Source: an uncultured Dehalococcoidia bacterium
GTDB taxonomy: Bacteria; Chloroflexota; Dehalococcoidia; Lucifugimonadales; GCA-2712585
Direction of reading: 5' to 3'
NCBI GenBank assembly: GCA_964439905.1
Contig: CAYTPK010000022.1
Coordinates: 8,639-72,638, forward strand
DNA: 64,000 bases
Position 1 is the stretch's first letter. Every line of letters starts with the position of its first letter. The notes beneath the pieces are model-generated. The model saw only the letters and a program-made list of their open reading frames with translations, was not told the origin of the DNA and did no database searches. The position numbers and the translations under genes are program-made. This document shows positions 38,047-48,017 of the stretch, piece by piece.

Positions 38047-38946
38047 CTATTTGGACATTCGCTTGCGTGATCCCCATTTAGCTTTAGAGATCAATAGCGT
38101 GATTCCAATGACCATAATAGTCAGTGTGATTATTTGGGCTGCATCCAGGCCTGCCATGTAGATCCGATCTTCTCGAGCGAAACTAATAAAGAACCGTCCA
38201 AAAGAATATAGAGTTGCGTAGAGTGCAAAAAGCATGCCGTCAGGTTTAAGTCGATCGCGAAAGATAAACCATAGGATCCCCAGTGATATCATATTCCAGA
38301 TCATCTCGTACACTATGGCTGGATGTGTAGGCGTTTCAGGATAGCGGCCTGCGTTGAGGTATAGAGCTTCAGTCTGAGGATGTTGGTAAACAAAAGCCCA
38401 TGCTACTTCTGTGGCTTTCGCGAAATGCTCTCCGTTGATAACGTCTCCGATCCTACCAAGAGTTTGGCTTATCAGTAAAGCCGGTGCTGTTATATCCGCC
38501 AGTTTTCCAATTGACGGCATGTTGATTTTCTCTAATCTTCCTAGCCAGGGGAGAATTTTGTTCCAAGAGTTTATAAGAACATCCGTGTTTCTGATCAACA
38601 TATAGCCAGCACTGAATATGAATCCACCGGTTATTGCTCCGATGATTCCTATTCCTCCCTGCCAAACATAGAAGATTCTTATAGGGTCATGTTGGTAGAT
38701 ACGATCCCAGAAATCTAAAACGTGAAAAATTCTAGCTCCAATTATTGCACCGAATATACCTATAACGGCAATCGAATGGACTGTATCGGGGATAATGCCT
38801 CTCCGTTTAGCCCAATTGGTTACTAGTATCAGGGCTACTAATACTCCTATAAAAGTAAAAAACCCATGCCAAGTAACCGTAAATCCTCCAGCGTCTATTA
38901 GATCAGGATCTATATTTATTCTGATGATGTTAAGGATTGTTGTCAT
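38047..38946 (-). CDS. lgt: Prolipoprotein diacylglyceryl transferase
   Basis: WHGFFTFIGV, GARIFHV and the signature GRIGDVINGEH. 299 aa. Confidence 0.85.
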   Translation of the reverse strand: MTTILNIIRINIDPDLIDAGGFTVTWHGFFTFIGVLVALILVTNWAKRRGIIPDTVHSIAVIGIFGAIIGARIFHVLDFWDRIYQHDPIRIFYVWQGGIGIIGAITGGFIFSAGYMLIRNTDVLINSWNKILPWLGRLEKINMPSIGKLADITAPALLISQTLGRIGDVINGEHFAKATEVAWAFVYQHPQTEALYLNAGRYPETPTHPAIVYEMIWNMISLGILWFIFRDRLKPDGMLFALYATLYSFGRFFISFAREDRIYMAGLDAAQIITLTIMVIGITLLISKAKWGSRKRMSK

Positions 38947-39026
38947 AAGGCATTCCTCAATTAGTTAAGATCGCGGTTGAATCCTATAATCAATATTGTT
39001 TGGTCTTTGTACATTCTTACGTTAGT

Positions 39027-39914
39027 CTAGAGTCGGTATCGATAAGGAGTCAAGATAGGGGAAGCGCCTATTGTTTCTAAAAGGTAGGCTTTATGGCCTT
39101 TTTGCTTTAATTGGTCTAGTAATTTCATGCCCTGTTCTTTTCCCTGAACAAAAGTGAATAGACCAGGGCCCGTTCCAGATAAGTGGACGTAAGATGCCCC
39201 GGATTGAATCATGCTATTCTTGATAATATCGAGTCCAGTGAAAATATCGAAGGCTATTTGTTCAAAAGAATTAGTCATTAGTTTCTGATCAAAACTATTT
39301 TTTTCGATGGAGTCCATTAGACGTCTGGTACTATCTCCATTCGAAAACATTTGATAGTTTAGAGCTGAATAAAGTTGTTGGGTTTTATTCTCAATCCCTG
39401 TTTCTGGACAAGATAACACTAACCATTTATTTTTTATGGGCTTTAATTCTCTTAGGTTGTTTCCAATACCTTTCCCTAGGGTAGTTCCTCCGTAGAGAAG
39501 ATATGCAACATCGGCACCAAGATTTGAAGCCAAATAGTGAAGGTCCTTGCTTTTAAGATCGAGATTCCATAGCTGGTTTAATGCTATCAAAGTAGCTGCG
39601 GCGTCACTACTCCCACCTCCAAGGCCCATGGAGGCTGGTATGGCCTTTGTTATCTCGATCTTCGCTCCTCCTATGTAATTCGTAAATTGTTTGAGAAGTG
39701 TAGCTGCCTTGTAGGCCAAATTGTTTTTATTCGATAAGCTTATTTGAGAACAGGTTAAGGAGATAACGTCAGCCTTATCAAAATATATGGTGTCCGCTAG
39801 ACTGACGGTTTGATATATAGTTGAAATATCATGGTAACCATCCTGTCTATGCCGAATGATCTCTAGGCTAAGATTAATTTTTGCGTATGTTTTAGCCTTC
39901 AGCATTAGTGACAT
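39027..39914 (-). CDS. ispE: 4-diphosphocytidyl-2-C-methyl-D-erythritol kinase
   Basis: AKINLSLEI, GHMP kinase motif PASMGLGGGSSDAAA. 295 aa. Confidence 0.85.
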   Translation of the reverse strand: MSLMLKAKTYAKINLSLEIIRHRQDGYHDISTIYQTVSLADTIYFDKADVISLTCSQISLSNKNNLAYKAATLLKQFTNYIGGAKIEITKAIPASMGLGGGSSDAAATLIALNQLWNLDLKSKDLHYLASNLGADVAYLLYGGTTLGKGIGNNLRELKPIKNKWLVLSCPETGIENKTQQLYSALNYQMFSNGDSTRRLMDSIEKNSFDQKLMTNSFEQIAFDIFTGLDIIKNSMIQSGASYVHLSGTGPGLFTFVQGKEQGMKLLDQLKQKGHKAYLLETIGASPILTPYRYRL

Positions 39915-40749
39915 CCGGGTATTCTTCAGATAAATTCAACCATTCATTTATACTCAGGGTAGATGGTCGTCTCGTGGGATCGATATCAGCCTTTTTTAGA
40001 AGTTTACCCGACAACACGGGATCCAATTTCAGGCCAAGGCTAAGCGAATTCCTAATCTGTTTGCGGGGTGCGAAAAACCCAGCCTTTACAACTTTAAAAA
40101 AAAGGGGAGCATCTTCATATTTTAGTAATGGTTTTGTGTGTAGATCAATACGTACTATTGCTGAGTTTACTTTGGGGATTGGTCGAAAGGCCTGGGCTGG
40201 TACCGTGCAAATTTTCCTTGCATATCCGTACACCTGAGTGGCAACGGAAAGGAGGCTCATATTATTTGGCCGAGCGGTTATCGATTCGGCTACTTCCTGT
40301 TGAACCATTATGATAATGGAATCAGGTTTACGTGAGGTTTCCAGTAATCTTCGCATGATGGGATTCGCGGCATAATAAGGAAGATTAGCGACTACTTTAT
40401 AGGACAAATTGATGGGGATAATGGACCACATGTCAGCATAACGAGCATCTGCATTCAGAATTGTGAGGTTCTTTGGATAACCTAATCGGCGATCCAAAGA
40501 ACTGGCTAGAGTCTCATCTATCTCGATCGCTACAACTTTCTTGGCCTTTGTTAAAAGAGCTTTGGTCAGAAATCCTTTTCCAGGGCCTATTTCTAATACG
40601 ACATCACTAGGAGAGAGATCAGCTGCCGATATAATTTTGGTCAATATTCTACGGTCTGTTAGAAAATGTTGGCCTAAGGGTGCGCGGGGCATATCATTAA
40701 TTCTATTTACGGTAACCGAGACTGTGCATCTTCCTTTGACAACGTCCAC
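39892..40749 (-). CDS. rsmA: 16S rRNA (adenine1518/1519-N6)-dimethyltransferase
   Basis: LGQHFL, SAM motif VLEIGPGKGFLT, NLPYY. The start could be ATG 40692 rather than GTG 40749. Confidence 0.9.
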   Translation of the reverse strand: MDVVKGRCTVSVTVNRINDMPRAPLGQHFLTDRRILTKIISAADLSPSDVVLEIGPGKGFLTKALLTKAKKVVAIEIDETLASSLDRRLGYPKNLTILNADARYADMWSIIPINLSYKVVANLPYYAANPIMRRLLETSRKPDSIIIMVQQEVAESITARPNNMSLLSVATQVYGYARKICTVPAQAFRPIPKVNSAIVRIDLHTKPLLKYEDAPLFFKVVKAGFFAPRKQIRNSLSLGLKLDPVLSGKLLKKADIDPTRRPSTLSINEWLNLSEEYPDVTNAEG

Positions 40750-40769
40750 CAGATTTATCCTATCAATGT

Positions 40770-40994
40770 GGCTCGGGTTAGGCGATCCCGCGGCACCCAG
40801 AGTGGTCTGCTTACCGTTGCTTCCTTCCGGACCTGGCGGGGTTCACAAGTCTCTGCTGCACGGGACCCAACCGTCGACGCCTTCTTGCCAGGACAGAGAC
40901 CTCGTGTCCGAGCCGGGGGAAGTCTTCAGTCCCGCTGTAGCGGATTGCGGGCGAAGGGCACCGCTAGCTCCCCACTTAGCACAGCCTCGCAGCC
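40770..40994 (-). ncRNA. ffs: Signal recognition particle RNA, large (Alu-domain-containing, Bacillus-type)
   Basis: The minus strand reads GUGCUAAGUGGGGAGCUAGCGGUGCCC...GCAAUCCGCU (Alu-domain 5' motif, very close to B. subtilis scRNA). It also reads CCAGGUCCGGAAGGAAGCAACGGUAAG (the universal domain IV motif). It is a GC-rich island in an AT-rich context. The ends are approximate. Confidence 0.85.
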
Positions 40995-41023
40995 ATGGTA
41001 TTCCTAGGAGGTTGTACTGTCAA
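40995..41023 (-). promoter_or_regulatory. Candidate sigma-70-type promoter for SRP RNA
   Basis: Minus strand TTGACA (41023-41018), 17-nt spacer, TACCAT (41000-40995), immediately upstream of the SRP RNA 5' helix. Confidence 0.4.
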
Positions 41024-41088
41024 ATTTTCATTTTGGTTGGCATTTGCCTAGTCCATATACCGATGGTAGACTCCTCGAGAGGTAAATT

Positions 41089-41964
41089 GTGACTATAAGG
41101 AAAGCAATCATTCCTTGTGCGGGTCTGGGTACGCGGTTTCTTCCATTTACCAAAGTAATTGCGAAGGAACTTGTCCCGTTACTTGATAAACCTTTGATTC
41201 ATTATGCAATAGACGAAGCTATAGCCTCGGGAATACAGGAAATAGTTTTGGTCGTATCTCCTGAAAAAGAGGCGCTCAGAAGATATTTTCAGAAAATACC
41301 CGGCAAGGGATTAGATCAACAGCAGTCCGGCCATTCCTGTTCGAGTTATTCCGGAGAATATTCTTCTTGGGGAGGGACTATATCATTTGTAGAACAGCAG
41401 AAACCCATGGGGTTGGGTCACGCTGTTTTAATGGCTGCAGAAGCAATAGGGCAAGAGCCATTTGCTATATTGCTGCCGGATGATCTTATTCTTGCTACCA
41501 GACCTACGCTGGAAGTTATGATCGAGTTGTTCGAGATCCATAGGTCTGGTTTGCTTGCCGTTGACAAAGTATCTATGGAAAATGTTGGGAACTATGGAAT
41601 TATAAACCCAGAAAAAGTCGGCGACAAAGTATATAAAGTCCATGGCATGGTCGAGAAACCTATTGTAACCCAGGCTCCATCTAATTTGGGTATAGTTGGG
41701 CGATATATTATGGTACCAGAAATATTCCAATTTCTGGAAAAGACGAGGCCTGGTGCAAAAGGCGAGATACAATTAACAGATGGTATTGGGCTTATGTTAG
41801 AACGGTTTACTGTTCTAGCATATCGTTTTGATGGCATCAGGCACGATATAGGGAATCCAGTCGGTCTTTTTGCGGCTTCTCTTGAACTTGCAAAGAGACG
41901 TGAGTTCTATATGGATGTTCTTAATAGTGCTCTTGAGGATTTTGTTTCTGAGAGGGACATGTAG
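41089..41964 (+). CDS. galU: UTP-glucose-1-phosphate uridylyltransferase
   Basis: KAIIPCAGLGTRFLPFTKVIAKELVP, GLGHAV, LLPDD, VEKP. GTG start. 291 aa. Confidence 0.85.
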   Translation: MTIRKAIIPCAGLGTRFLPFTKVIAKELVPLLDKPLIHYAIDEAIASGIQEIVLVVSPEKEALRRYFQKIPGKGLDQQQSGHSCSSYSGEYSSWGGTISFVEQQKPMGLGHAVLMAAEAIGQEPFAILLPDDLILATRPTLEVMIELFEIHRSGLLAVDKVSMENVGNYGIINPEKVGDKVYKVHGMVEKPIVTQAPSNLGIVGRYIMVPEIFQFLEKTRPGAKGEIQLTDGIGLMLERFTVLAYRFDGIRHDIGNPVGLFAASLELAKRREFYMDVLNSALEDFVSERDM

Positions 41965-41971
41965 AGGTGCT

Positions 41972-42469
41972 ATGACTGGTTTAATAGAATCTATTCTAAA
42001 TCGTGCTACCCAATTGGAGCGAGATTTAGAAGAATCTTTAGAAGGAATGGATTGCTACCTAGATATGAAGATGAATCTAAAGGAGTGGAGTGTAAGGGAA
42101 GTCTTGTGGCATATCTTAGAAGACCCAGAGGGAGGTATACCAAAGGCGGTTGAATCTATAGTTGATGGCATGCTGCCAGAACTTACTATCGTGGCCGACG
42201 AAACACACCTTACTTTGCAACGTCAATCTATGGACCTTCCGGAAATCCGGCAAGAAATTCATGAATATTTTCGTCGCTTGGAAGATGTATTATCCAGGGT
42301 TACCGATGGGCAGATTTCTCAGATTACCACCTCCTGTTGGTTCCCGATCAGGAACTATAGAGAAGACAGGACAAGTGAAGCTTTATTAGAGGGGCTGTTC
42401 TTGAAGCATTGGTCTGATCATGTTAAACAATTGCGAGAGTTACAGTCCACATTTTCTTCAACCGGATAA
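41972..42469 (+). CDS. DinB_2-like four-helix-bundle protein (putative)
   Basis: The track ORF starts inside galU. ATG at 41972 with AGAGG upstream is the plausible start. WSVREVLWHILE and HWSDHVKQL resemble DinB-family His motifs. Confidence 0.45.
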   Translation: MTGLIESILNRATQLERDLEESLEGMDCYLDMKMNLKEWSVREVLWHILEDPEGGIPKAVESIVDGMLPELTIVADETHLTLQRQSMDLPEIRQEIHEYFRRLEDVLSRVTDGQISQITTSCWFPIRNYREDRTSEALLEGLFLKHWSDHVKQLRELQSTFSSTG

Positions 42470-44170
42470 TATCGACGGATGGAGGTCTAGGATACGTATT
42501 CTCAAAACCTGGCGACCCTGCCAGATCTGTTTAGTTATGTTGTAAACCAGGTCGATACGTTCTGATGTCAAGTCTTGCCCTTGATTGAAGGCTATGGCTC
42601 TCCATTGGGAGTGACCATCATGAATTTTTAGCATGAGATGTTGTCCCCGATTTCCCACTCGGCGAGTCTCTTGTACGAGGATATTTTTGGCCAAGAATGT
42701 TGGAGCTGGATTACCAGAACCAAAGGGCTCTAAACGATCAATAAAGTTAAGGGAATCTCCTATTAAATCCGAGGGTATGACTTCGCAGTCCACCCATAAA
42801 CTGGGTGTTGGGTTCGATCCGGCTAATTGAGCATTTGCTGCGTCAGTTAGGCGATTGTATAGTTCGTCAAGTCTAATCCGATCCATGACGAAACCTGCGG
42901 CCATTGGATGCCCCCCCATTCGTTCGAACAGGTCAGCACATTGATATAGCGATTGAACTAAATCAAATTCGGGAATACTTCTACCGCTTGCCCTCACGGT
43001 AGATCCGTCTACGGACATCACTATTGCAGGTCTATAGAATCGGTCTACCAGCCTACTTGCTATTAAACCTGATATGCCTGGAATGAAATCTTTGTCTGCG
43101 ACCAAAATAATTGGAGTATTATCAATAATGCCTATCTTTTCCAATGCGATATCGAGCAGTGTGTCTGTCATACTTCTACGTTCAGCGTTATATTTCTCCA
43201 ATTGGATCGCCAACCCCTTGGCCTCTTCAGGATTTGAGGTTGTCAGAAGGTTGAAACTGGTTTCCGCGTGGCGAAGCCTTCCAGAGGCGTTCAATCGTGG
43301 GGCCAAACTGAACGATACGGCTTCAGTGTTTAGGCTTTCTGGAAACAAATTGGCTGTTTCGTACAGAGATTGCATGCCTTCAGATGGGGCAGATTTAAGC
43401 TCCATTATCCCTTGTTTGACAATGGTTCTGTTCTCGTCAATTAGTGGAGCGATGTCGGCTATAGTCCCCATGGCAGCTAACCCACGGAGCCCTGGTGGTA
43501 GGTCTATCTTTAGGTGTTGATAGAGTGCATCCATAAGTTTTAGGGCTAATCCTGCTCCGGTAAGTTCTGAAAACGGGTAGTGGGAATATTCTAGTTTTGG
43601 ATCCACCAAACTATGAGCAGCTGGCAAATTGGGAGGAGGGGAATGATGATCTGTGATTATTACGTCTATATTGAGGTCAGAAGCCTGCGCCACTTCTGGG
43701 ACGGATGTAATTCCACAGTCCACGGTGATAAGTAGTTTGACATCTGACTTATGAAGAACGCGTATGGCATCTGAATTTAGGCCATGGCCCTCTTCCACCC
43801 TGTGTGGTATATACGGAGCGAGTTTTGCTTCTAATGTTTTAAGTCCATGTACGAGAATTGCGGTAGCGGTGATACCATCGACGTCAAAATCACCAAATAT
43901 TCCGATTCTTTCGTTGTCATTAATGGCCTGAACTAAACGTGTGATTGCTTGACTCATGTGGGGGAGCAGAAATGGATCGTGATATGGTCCAGATGAGGCT
44001 TCTAAAAACTCGCTTTTCCCCTGCAGGGTTCTGATTCCGCGGCCAAATAGGAGTTGAGCTTCTAGGTTATTAGTCTCCAGGGCTAATCGGATATCTGAAG
44101 GCACCTGTTGTCTAAGTTTCCATTCCTTCTGAATTCTCGGCATAATGCACGACCCCGGTGAAAGATTCAA
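42458..44170 (-). CDS. recJ: Single-stranded-DNA-specific exonuclease RecJ
   Basis: DHH motifs IFGDFDVDGITATA, ITVDCG, ITDHH. DHHA1 motif GGHPMAAG. 570 aa (start may be ATG 44143). Confidence 0.9.
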   Translation of the reverse strand: MNLSPGSCIMPRIQKEWKLRQQVPSDIRLALETNNLEAQLLFGRGIRTLQGKSEFLEASSGPYHDPFLLPHMSQAITRLVQAINDNERIGIFGDFDVDGITATAILVHGLKTLEAKLAPYIPHRVEEGHGLNSDAIRVLHKSDVKLLITVDCGITSVPEVAQASDLNIDVIITDHHSPPPNLPAAHSLVDPKLEYSHYPFSELTGAGLALKLMDALYQHLKIDLPPGLRGLAAMGTIADIAPLIDENRTIVKQGIMELKSAPSEGMQSLYETANLFPESLNTEAVSFSLAPRLNASGRLRHAETSFNLLTTSNPEEAKGLAIQLEKYNAERRSMTDTLLDIALEKIGIIDNTPIILVADKDFIPGISGLIASRLVDRFYRPAIVMSVDGSTVRASGRSIPEFDLVQSLYQCADLFERMGGHPMAAGFVMDRIRLDELYNRLTDAANAQLAGSNPTPSLWVDCEVIPSDLIGDSLNFIDRLEPFGSGNPAPTFLAKNILVQETRRVGNRGQHLMLKIHDGHSQWRAIAFNQGQDLTSERIDLVYNITKQIWQGRQVLRIRILDLHPSILSG

Positions 44171-44180
44171 TGAGTTTTAG

Positions 44181-45428
44181 TTATAAGTTTTGGGCCTGAG
44201 TAAAGATAAGAACAGAATTGTGTCCTCCAAACCCGAAAGAAGTACTCATAATGGTTTTTATTGGTTTCGATACTGACACATTCGGAGTGTAGTTTAAATC
44301 ACAACGTGGATCAGTATTTTGTAAATTTATCGTGGGTGGGATTACATTATTTGTCATAGCCATAATAGATATTACAGCTTCTAACGCCCCGCTAGCTCCT
44401 AAAAGATGGCCAGTCATGGATTTTGTGGAACTTATAGCGATATTGTCTACATGTTTTCCCAGAGCCATTTTGAGTGCAATAGTTTCTTGGAGGTCATTCA
44501 ATGGAGTAGAAGTCCCATGAGCGTTGATATAATCTAATTCATTTGGGTTTATCTTTGCATCTGCTATGGCAATTTGAACGGCCCTAGAGGCGTTCTGGCC
44601 ACTAGGGGCAGGTTCCGTTACGTGGTAGGCGTCTGATGTGGAGGCATATCCAATTAGCTCGGCTATCGGTTTTGCTCCACGTTTTTTCACGCTGTTGAGA
44701 CTTTCCAATACCAGAACTGCAGAACCCTCACTCATGATGAATCCATCACGTTTTTCATCAAAGGGTCTACTTGCTTTTTGTGGCTCAGAATTATTTCGAG
44801 AAAGTGCCCTCATGTTACCAAAACCGGCAACTGCAATGGGGCAGATCGGTGCTTCACTTCCTCCTGCAATAACAACCTCAGATTCTCCATTCCTTATGAG
44901 TTTTGCAGCAAGCCCTATGGCGTCTGCGCTACTTGAGCAAGACGATATTGTACAGAAGTTAGTGCCAAGGGCACCCGTTATCATGGATACATGAGCTGAG
45001 GCCATGTCGGCAAGCATCATTGGGATTAGGAATGGAGACACTCTATTGGGGCCTTTCTCAGATAGGACCCCATATTGCTGTGAAAGCGTTTGGATTCCAC
45101 CAATTCCACTGCCGATTATCACAGAGGTTTCAGTAGCGTCTAGTTTGGATAAGTCCAAAGCAGCCTGAAGTAGGGCCTGATTAGTAGCGCCAACGGCTAG
45201 TTGGACAAATCGATCCGTTCTTCTAGCATCTTTTTTATCTAGATAGTCTAGTGGATCAAACCCCTTTATTTCACCTGCAATTTTTGTTTCGAAGTCGGAT
45301 GGATCAAAACTGGTTATGATGTCTACACCAGACTTTCCGGCTTTGGCTGCATTCCAAGTTTCGGAAACATCCAACCCCAGCGGACTTATAACTCCGAGAC
45401 CAGTTACGAATACTCTTGATTTAGCCAA
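44181..45428 (-). CDS. fabF: 3-oxoacyl-ACP synthase II
   Basis: Active-site ISSCSSSADAIG (Cys), HVTEP and NAHGTSTP (His-His), C-terminal SFGFGGHN. 415 aa. Confidence 0.9.
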   Translation of the reverse strand: MAKSRVFVTGLGVISPLGLDVSETWNAAKAGKSGVDIITSFDPSDFETKIAGEIKGFDPLDYLDKKDARRTDRFVQLAVGATNQALLQAALDLSKLDATETSVIIGSGIGGIQTLSQQYGVLSEKGPNRVSPFLIPMMLADMASAHVSMITGALGTNFCTISSCSSSADAIGLAAKLIRNGESEVVIAGGSEAPICPIAVAGFGNMRALSRNNSEPQKASRPFDEKRDGFIMSEGSAVLVLESLNSVKKRGAKPIAELIGYASTSDAYHVTEPAPSGQNASRAVQIAIADAKINPNELDYINAHGTSTPLNDLQETIALKMALGKHVDNIAISSTKSMTGHLLGASGALEAVISIMAMTNNVIPPTINLQNTDPRCDLNYTPNVSVSKPIKTIMSTSFGFGGHNSVLIFTQAQNL

Positions 45429-45514
45429 ATATGCTCCGCTTTTCTAAACGTTCGTAGTTAGAACGAATAAGAATAAAAAGTTTTTTAGAGGGTATACAAT
45501 CACACAACTGTAAA

Positions 45515-47119
45515 TTAATTAGGGTTTTGTAATAGATTGAGCCGAGCCTTGCCTGTCTGGCCTAGAGATGTTGCTATGGGATTTGGCTCGTATGTTAGGT
45601 TCACTCCTTTTTCTGCAAGTGTGGAAGCAACAACTTTTTTAACGTCCCCCAGATTTTGTTTCCTATCTGACAGTTCCCTCCGATCAGCTCGATCATTGGT
45701 TTCCTGCATCTTACGGTATCGTTCGGCCATCCTGAAGAGACGGGAGTATAGGGTATCTATTGGATTTAATTTGGATTGATAGAGATCAAAAAGTTCTCTA
45801 GATTCCTTCATCGACCATCTTTCGTCATGATGTACAAATTGACGTCCAGTATATAGGTGATAAGGACGCATCTCTTCGTCCTTCAGTATTTCTCCGTCTT
45901 CATTTAATGGAACTAGGCTATCCCAATTCGACGTCGCAGGTAAGGGTGTTAGCAAGTTAGCGGTCTGATATTTACTTACAGTAGTGACTCGCTCAGCCAT
46001 TTCCATAATGCTTTTTTCGGTGTCATTAGGAAGTCCGATAATTGTCATGGCAACAACTGAAAACCCCATTTTGTTAAGAGCAAGTAGATCCTTAAAAACT
46101 TGACCAGGCTCCTGCCGTTTTTTTACAAACTCAAGATTCTTAGCATCGTCAGATTCTACCCCTATGTACAGCATTTCCATGTTGATATCTTTAAGCGCTG
46201 TGGATAGCTCAGGGTCTTGTCCTATTTCTGCTCTTGATTGACATATAAGATACATGTCATCGGTATAGCCTTTCCAATTCTTTAACCGTTCCAGACGTTC
46301 ATTACGGAATTTAACTGCTCTTAATGGTGGTGGATGTAGGTCATCCGAGACGAATACACTAAATCTATTATCGCGATTTGTTACTATTAGCCGATCTTCT
46401 GCCATTTTTTGCAGTTGTGTTAAGCGTGCCAGTTCTGTTTCTCTAGATATCATACGATAGCCAAGAAATTGTTGAATAACCTGGCAGTATGTGCATTTTT
46501 CAGTGCACCCTCTCACGGTCTCTAAAACACCGCCCATTAATGGTTTAGAAGGTGTTAAGTCTCGGATGGAGTAAAAGTCTGGTAGTGGGACAAAGTCTGG
46601 GGATACCAATCCTCTCCTGGGAGTTTCAATAAGATGCTTGCCGTCCATAAATGCGATTCCGGGAATTTTACGCAACTCTCGAATTCGATCTGCGTTTTTG
46701 TAGGTTAAGAGTACATCTGTCAGTTGGGCTATAATATCTTCCCCTTCCCTGAGGACGATTGCATCGAATTTGCCCTCCCGAATAGCTTCTTCTGCGAGCG
46801 GAGTCATATGAGGGCCACCACCTATCGATATGATTTTGGGGTGGTTTTCCTTAGCTATTCGGCCAATTTCGTACGCTCTTGGTGCCTCGTTTATGAGAGC
46901 CGAAATCATCAAGACATCGACGCCATCTAGATCTGCTGCTGGATCTAATTTCCCGCTCCGGTCTTCAAAATGGACCTCTCGTTCATAGAGATAATTTCCT
47001 TGGGATTGTTGAAGAGCCCCAGAAAGAAAAAGTAAACCTTGGCGTGGTATTGCTACGTATTCGAAGTTCCCACCTGGAGATCTTGGCTGAACTAACATTA
47101 CTCGTTTAAGTCTGGACAT
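45515..47119 (-). CDS. B12-binding-domain radical SAM protein (class B), function unknown
   Basis: N-terminal Rossmann-like cobalamin-binding domain (VLMISALINEAP...IISIGGGPHMT). Radical SAM cluster motif CTEKCTYCQV (CxxxCxxC). 534 aa. Confidence 0.85.
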   Translation of the reverse strand: MSRLKRVMLVQPRSPGGNFEYVAIPRQGLLFLSGALQQSQGNYLYEREVHFEDRSGKLDPAADLDGVDVLMISALINEAPRAYEIGRIAKENHPKIISIGGGPHMTPLAEEAIREGKFDAIVLREGEDIIAQLTDVLLTYKNADRIRELRKIPGIAFMDGKHLIETPRRGLVSPDFVPLPDFYSIRDLTPSKPLMGGVLETVRGCTEKCTYCQVIQQFLGYRMISRETELARLTQLQKMAEDRLIVTNRDNRFSVFVSDDLHPPPLRAVKFRNERLERLKNWKGYTDDMYLICQSRAEIGQDPELSTALKDINMEMLYIGVESDDAKNLEFVKKRQEPGQVFKDLLALNKMGFSVVAMTIIGLPNDTEKSIMEMAERVTTVSKYQTANLLTPLPATSNWDSLVPLNEDGEILKDEEMRPYHLYTGRQFVHHDERWSMKESRELFDLYQSKLNPIDTLYSRLFRMAERYRKMQETNDRADRRELSDRKQNLGDVKKVVASTLAEKGVNLTYEPNPIATSLGQTGKARLNLLQNPN

Positions 47120-47249
47120 TTTCTACATTATTGCTACTGTGGTATAAGTTTGGGGAAGTGGTGCCAATCGGCAACATTCTGTGCGCTATTATACATACAT
47201 CAGCGTTGTGGTTAAATAAGTACTCAGATCTAATTCCCTCTTTATACAT

Positions 47250-47843
47250 TTATTTAGTGAGTATAGCTCTTACTGGTGCAGCTTCGGCTGACGATAGCAG
47301 GAGGGGCAGACAAATAAGGTTGTATTCATCGGCCGGAATTCCATCTAGGCTAAGCCCTTCTATTAGCAGTATTTTTCTGGAAAGTAGATATTGATGAACA
47401 GGAAATGTTTCTGAATGTGGATCCTCAATAGAAAGTTGATCTATTCCAACCAGATTAATAGCTCTTCCTACTATCCATTGAGCTCCATCAATTGTCATGC
47501 CTTTACAGCTAGAATTCTTTGTACCAATGAGCAACCTAGAAGTGTTTTTAGGTATGTTGTATTTCTCGAGTATCTTAGCATCAATGTATTCTTGAGTTAT
47601 TTGAATAAGGAATGAAGGGCCTATCAGTAAGTTTAAAGGCAATTCATCTACGGTTGTTCCTCCTGGAAGAAAGTGAGAAGGGGCATCGATGTGTGTCCCG
47701 GTATGAGATGACATTGAAAACGAACTCAGAGAGAAGACATTTCCTTCATCTATTTTCCTTACGTAACTAAGTTTAAACTCAGGATCGCCTGGGTATCTCT
47801 GTACATCCCTATTTAATGGCCTAGATATATCGTAAATTAGCAT
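47250..47843 (-). CDS. Cyclase-family protein (kynurenine-formamidase-like metal hydrolase)
   Basis: HTGTHIDAPSHF hallmark motif. 197 aa. Confidence 0.75.
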   Translation of the reverse strand: MLIYDISRPLNRDVQRYPGDPEFKLSYVRKIDEGNVFSLSSFSMSSHTGTHIDAPSHFLPGGTTVDELPLNLLIGPSFLIQITQEYIDAKILEKYNIPKNTSRLLIGTKNSSCKGMTIDGAQWIVGRAINLVGIDQLSIEDPHSETFPVHQYLLSRKILLIEGLSLDGIPADEYNLICLPLLLSSAEAAPVRAILTK

Positions 47844-48017
47844 AGTAGCCTTTTTGTGATTGACGTTTAACTTAACTATTTTATTAGTAACTCGGGAGCA
47901 AAGCCGTTTATTAATGTTACAATTTTTCGATAATTTATGACTAGCCTAATTATATTTATCATACTGATATATTCCTGTAATATGATTGCACATACGAAAA
48001 AAGTTGAGATGATTTAG

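Noticed and set aside
40541-41092. 183-aa plus-strand ORF (and the nested 79-aa ORF at 40768-41007) with Pro/Arg/Ser/Gly-rich translation
   Set aside because: It runs antisense through the rsmA 5' end and through the SRP RNA gene. The open frame is a by-product of the GC-rich structured RNA.
43074-43520. 148-aa plus-strand ORF
   Set aside because: It is antisense to recJ (the DHH/DHHA1 motifs are intact).
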